Of a DNA stretch of 64,000 bases, positions 60,366-64,000 are shown piece after piece. The position numbers were made by a program, and so were the translations under genes. Origin of the DNA: an uncultured Gemmatimonadaceae bacterium (GTDB lineage Bacteria > Gemmatimonadota > Gemmatimonadetes > Gemmatimonadales > Gemmatimonadaceae); the NCBI GenBank assembly GCA_963829055.1, contig CAWHHI010000003.1, positions 224,001 through 288,000 of the forward strand. Direction: 5' to 3'. Numbering within the stretch: the stretch's first letter is position 1; the number at the start of each line of letters is the position of its first letter. Below the pieces are notes generated by a model, which was not told where the DNA came from, ran no database searches, and worked only from the letters and a program-made list of their open reading frames with translations.

Positions 60366-62358
60366 ATGCAAGCTTTCTCCCGAGCCATTGGGCTCGTGCT
60401 CGCAGCCGCCGGCGTCGCGTTGCCGGCAGTCGCGCAAGGACCCGGCAGCCGCCATGCCGTTCGACACAACCGGCGTGGGCGACACGTCGATGTTCGCGCC
60501 GCTCACCCTTCCCGCACCGGCAACGTGTACCGCCTCGGCTCCGGCGCGCCCGGGCCGAAGTACTGGCAGAACCGCGCCGACTACGACCTCAAGGCGACGC
60601 TCGACACCGGCGACGAAGACGCTGCACGGCGAGCTGACGCTCACGCTACACGAACAACTCGCCCGACACGCTGCGCTTCATCTGGATGCAGATGGAGCAG
60701 AACGCGTTCAAGGACAAGTCGCTCAACTCGTTCATCTTCCCGCAGGACTCGCGCTTCGGCGCGCGCGGCTTCGAGGGCGGCGACGTCGTCGAGCACTTCG
60801 ACCAGGTCTGCACGCGCGCCGGCGCGCAGCGACGCGCGCTCAAGACGCGCGTCGAAGGGACGGTGATGAAGGTCGATCTCGCCGAGCCGCTCGCGCCAGG
60901 GCAAGACCGCGACGTTCGACGTCGCGTGGCACTTCCTCATCCCCGAGCACGGCGCCGACCGCATGGGCCGCGACGGCGCGCTCTACGAGCTCGCGCAGTG
61001 GTATCCGCGCGTCTCCGTGTACGACGACGTCCGCGGCTGGAACACCGAGCCCTACCTCGGACAGGGCGAGTTCTATCTCGAGTACGGCGACTACAATCTC
61101 GCCGTCACCGTTCCGGCCGGCTACATCGTCGCCGGCACCGGGCACGCTGACGAATCCGCGCGAGGTGCTGACGCCGACGCAGATCACGCGTCTCGCGCAG
61201 GCCGCGAAGTCGCGACACGCCGGTGCACATCGTGACGGCCGCCGAGCTGCAGAGCGGCGCGGCGCGCCCGAAGAAGACCGGCACGCTGACGTGGAAGTTC
61301 CGCGCGAAGAACGTGCGCGACGTCGCGTGGGCCGCGAGCCCGGACTTCATCTGGGACGCGTCGAGCTGGAAGGGGCACATGGCGTACGCCTACTACCGCC
61401 CGACGCGCCATCGAGACGTGGAAGGACGCGGCCGACATGTCGCGCATGTCGATCATGGAATACTCCGAGCGCTGGTTCAAGTATCCGTATCCGCAGATCA
61501 GCGCCGTCGAAGGCCCGATCAGCGGCATGGAATACCCGATGGTCGCGATGGAGAACAAGAGCGACGACAAGTACGACCTGTACAACGTCGTCACGCACGA
61601 GATCGGGCACATGTGGTTCCCGATGATCGTCGGCTCGAACGAGCGCATGCACATGTGGCAGGACGAAGGCTTCAACACCTTCATCAACACGTTCTCCGAG
61701 GCGCGTCGCTATCCGGAGAAGGGCGACCAGATGGCGCGCGCGCTAGGCGAGCGCGAGTACGTCGAGAGCGCGATGAAGCACGAACGTCGACGAGCCCGAT
61801 CGAGATGAACCCCGACCGCATCGACCCGCGCTGCTCGGCGCTCGACGCGTACGTGAAGCCGAGCGTCGGTCTGCAGCTGCTGCGCCAGGAGATCATCGGC
61901 CCGGCGGCGTTCGACGACGCGTTCCGCACGTACGCGCGAGCGCTGGGCGTTCAAGCATCCGACGCCGGCGGATTTCTTCCGCACGATGGAAGACGTCGGC
62001 GGCCGGCGCCTCGACTGGTTCTGGCGCGAGTGGTTCCTCGAGAACCCGCACTTCGACCAGGCGATCGACACGGTGGTCACGAAGGTCGACGGGCGACACG
62101 ACGGACGTGGCCGTGATGTACGGCAACCGCGCGCGCGGCGTGCTGCCGATTCACGCGCGCTTCACGTTCAGCGACGGCTCGGTCGAGAACTACGACTATC
62201 CGGCCGAGGTGTGGAGCACGAACACGACGCACTACGTGCGGCGGTATCGGTTCATGGGGAAGAAGCTGACGGGCATCGAGCTCGATCCGGAGAAGCGGCT
62301 CGTCGACCTGAACCGCGACAACAACAGGTGGGGCGTCGGTACGAAGCCGGTATCGTAG
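60366..62358 (+). CDS. M1 family metallopeptidase (frameshifted)
   Basis: [32 protein letters not shown]-x18-E ([25 protein letters not shown]), LDWFWREW. Confidence 0.92.
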
Positions 62359-62508
62359 AGGTGGGCTGCTTCGGCAACCATCTCGGACGAATAACGCGAG
62401 CGGATGCTGGGGATCCAACGGATTGATCCTCAGCACGCGACAGACGCTCTCGCGACGATCTTAGTGAAAGTGAACGGCCTCGGGACGCACTGGTGTCCCG
62501 AGGCCGGA

Positions 62509-62603
62509 TGTCATCCCGAGCATCCGCGAGGGATCTTCTCGACCGTGATTGTGGCCAGAGCGGCCGCAACCAAGACAGAAGATCGCTGGCGCTCGGGATG
62601 ACA
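62509..62603. repeat. REP-like element (TGTCATCCCGAGC...GCTCGGGATGACA)
   Basis: Terminal inverted repeat of the same family as 40388-40516. Confidence 0.8.
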
Positions 62604-62958
62604 TTGTGCCGCGGCCATTCCCATTTCAGATGGCTCGTTGCGGTGCGCCGACTCGCCTTCCATGGAGTCAATCCGGCTGATCCACCGCATCCGTTCGCCC
62701 CCTTCGTCTGAGAAGTCTGCTGAAGCAGTCCTTGGCGTCCTCTGCGTCCGCTGCGGTGAATCGCCGTCCAGCAACCAGTAATCCGTTCTCACCGCTGCCA
62801 GCTCGACACCATCACGCGGTCTCTGCTGCTGCCTAACGAGCAACGCACGGGACAGTGACCAGGATCACGAGATGCGTCGCGATTCCGCATTCGGGGTCCC
62901 TATCTTGCGCAGGCGCCCCCTTCCCAACGGACGTTGTTATCAAATCAGGGAGGGACCC

Positions 62959-64000
62959 ATGGCGGATAGAGACAGAGACCTCGGCGGGATGTCGGACGAC
63001 CTGAGCCGCGTCGGCGACAGCACCATACGCTCGTCTGACAGAACCCGCGGAACAGGCGACGATCCGAACACCGGCGACGCCATCGTCGGCGAGACGGTCG
63101 GCGGTGTTTCCGGCATCGCCGCTGGCGCGGCGCTCGGCTCGCTCGCGGGGCCTGTCGGTACCGTCATTGGCGCGCTCGCGGGCGCGGTCGGCGGGTGGTG
63201 GGCCGGACGCGCAGTGTCCGAAGCCGCATCCACGTACTCTGAAGACGACGACGAGTACTATCGTCGCCACTTCGAGTCGAGCGGTACATTGGACTCTGGA
63301 TTTGGCGCCTCGAGCACGGCGTCGTCCGCGTCATCCACGTCCTCGATGGGATCCACGGGATCGACGGGATCAACGGGGATGGGATCGACGTCGTCCGCAA
63401 ACCGGGACTACGACGCCTACCGCCCAGCGTACCAGCTCGGCCATGTCGCGAGCCGCAACCCGGACTACGCCGACCGCGACTTCGACGCCGTCGAGGCCGA
63501 CCTACGTCGCGGATGGACGGACGATGTCAGCCAGCAGTACGGCAGTTGGGACCGCGTACGTGACCGCGCACGCCAGGGATTCGAGCGCGGCCGTGAGCAG
63601 CGCCTGACGCTGTCGGAGGAGCAGCTCGCCGTCGGCAAACGTCAGGTACAGGCGGGCGAAGCGGCAGTGCGCAAGACTGTCGAGACCGAGCACGTGCGGC
63701 AGTCGGTCCCGGTTCAGCGCGAGGAAGTCGTCGTCGAGCGGCGGCCGATCAGCGGCGACCGCGCCAGTGATGTCGACATCCGCGAGGACGAGGTCCGCAT
63801 CCCGCTCATGGCCGAGGAGGTCGTGGTCGAGAAGCGCGCTGTCCCGACCGAGGAGATCGTGATCCAGAAGCGCGTCGTCACGGAGGAGCGCGAGGTCGAG
63901 GCCGACCTGCGCAGGGAGCGCGTGGACGATTCCGAGCTCCGCAACACGACGTCGCGCACCGCGGACACGGTCGCCGGAGCGACAGAGTCGGCAGCCGACC
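62959..64000 (+). CDS. YsnF/AvaK (DUF2382) domain stress protein with glycine-zipper, partial at window end
   Basis: GGGAGG RBS; GAALGSLAGPVGTVIGALAGAVGG; LSEEQLAVGKRQVQAGE, VPVQREEVVVERRP, IPLMAEEVVVEKR. No stop before 64000. Confidence 0.88.
   Translation, partial: MADRDRDLGGMSDDLSRVGDSTIRSSDRTRGTGDDPNTGDAIVGETVGGVSGIAAGAALGSLAGPVGTVIGALAGAVGGWWAGRAVSEAASTYSEDDDEYYRRHFESSGTLDSGFGASSTASSASSTSSMGSTGSTGSTGMGSTSSANRDYDAYRPAYQLGHVASRNPDYADRDFDAVEADLRRGWTDDVSQQYGSWDRVRDRARQGFERGREQRLTLSEEQLAVGKRQVQAGEAAVRKTVETEHVRQSVPVQREEVVVERRPISGDRASDVDIREDEVRIPLMAEEVVVEKRAVPTEEIVIQKRVVTEEREVEADLRRERVDDSELRNTTSRTADTVAGATESAAD

Noticed and set aside
1196..62358. Dozens of frameshifts read as mass pseudogenisation or programmed frameshifting
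   Set aside because: They are scattered single-base indels in otherwise well-conserved genes of all kinds, without accumulated nonsense codons or slippery-site patterns. This is typical of unpolished long-read assembly.
1939..62838. CCTAACG enrichment as a single systematic basecalling substitution
   Set aside because: It would need different source words in different frames (CCGAAC, CCTGAC, CCSAGC), all changed synonymously, and those source words remain common. A raw-read check is still advisable.
470..63968. Numerous long Arg/Ala/Pro-rich ORFs on alternative frames and opposite strands (e.g. 45426..47198, 44950..46968)
   Set aside because: These are shadow ORFs expected at high GC. They overlap recognisable genes and carry no family motifs.

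Overview
This is a high-GC (roughly 70% by eye) bacterial chromosomal segment. The gene content (SusC/SusD pairs, ADOP-type ABC permeases with PadR, a BTAD/AAA regulator, an ECF remnant) suggests Gemmatimonadota, which is an inference. Most long genes carry single-base indels that look like uncorrected long-read errors, so many gene ends are approximate. Content: a ROK kinase-SSS transporter-murQ-ggt-pgl operon; a peptide/amino-acid utilisation cluster with SusC/SusD; a second SusC/SusD/DUF4397 cluster; a LytS/LytTR pair; many secreted hydrolases and peptidases; and several dispersed palindromic and heptamer repeat families. I found no rRNA, tRNA, CRISPR array, transposase or integrase. Three observations stand out. 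(1) A two-gene module at 19558-22301 encodes a membrane protein with both PmoC/AmoC-type copper-site spacings (DxxxH-x12-H and DxxxH-x13-H). Its partner has a PmoB-like topology (N-terminal His, two TM helices, HxH motifs), making this a candidate distant copper membrane monooxygenase-like system. (2) The non-palindromic heptamer CCTAACG/CGTTAGG occurs about once per kb (64 exact copies by hand count), mostly through rare synonymous codons. (3) A small AP2-domain protein with a Lys/Ala tail has a tandem of that motif directly upstream of its own promoter, so it is a candidate reader of the motif.
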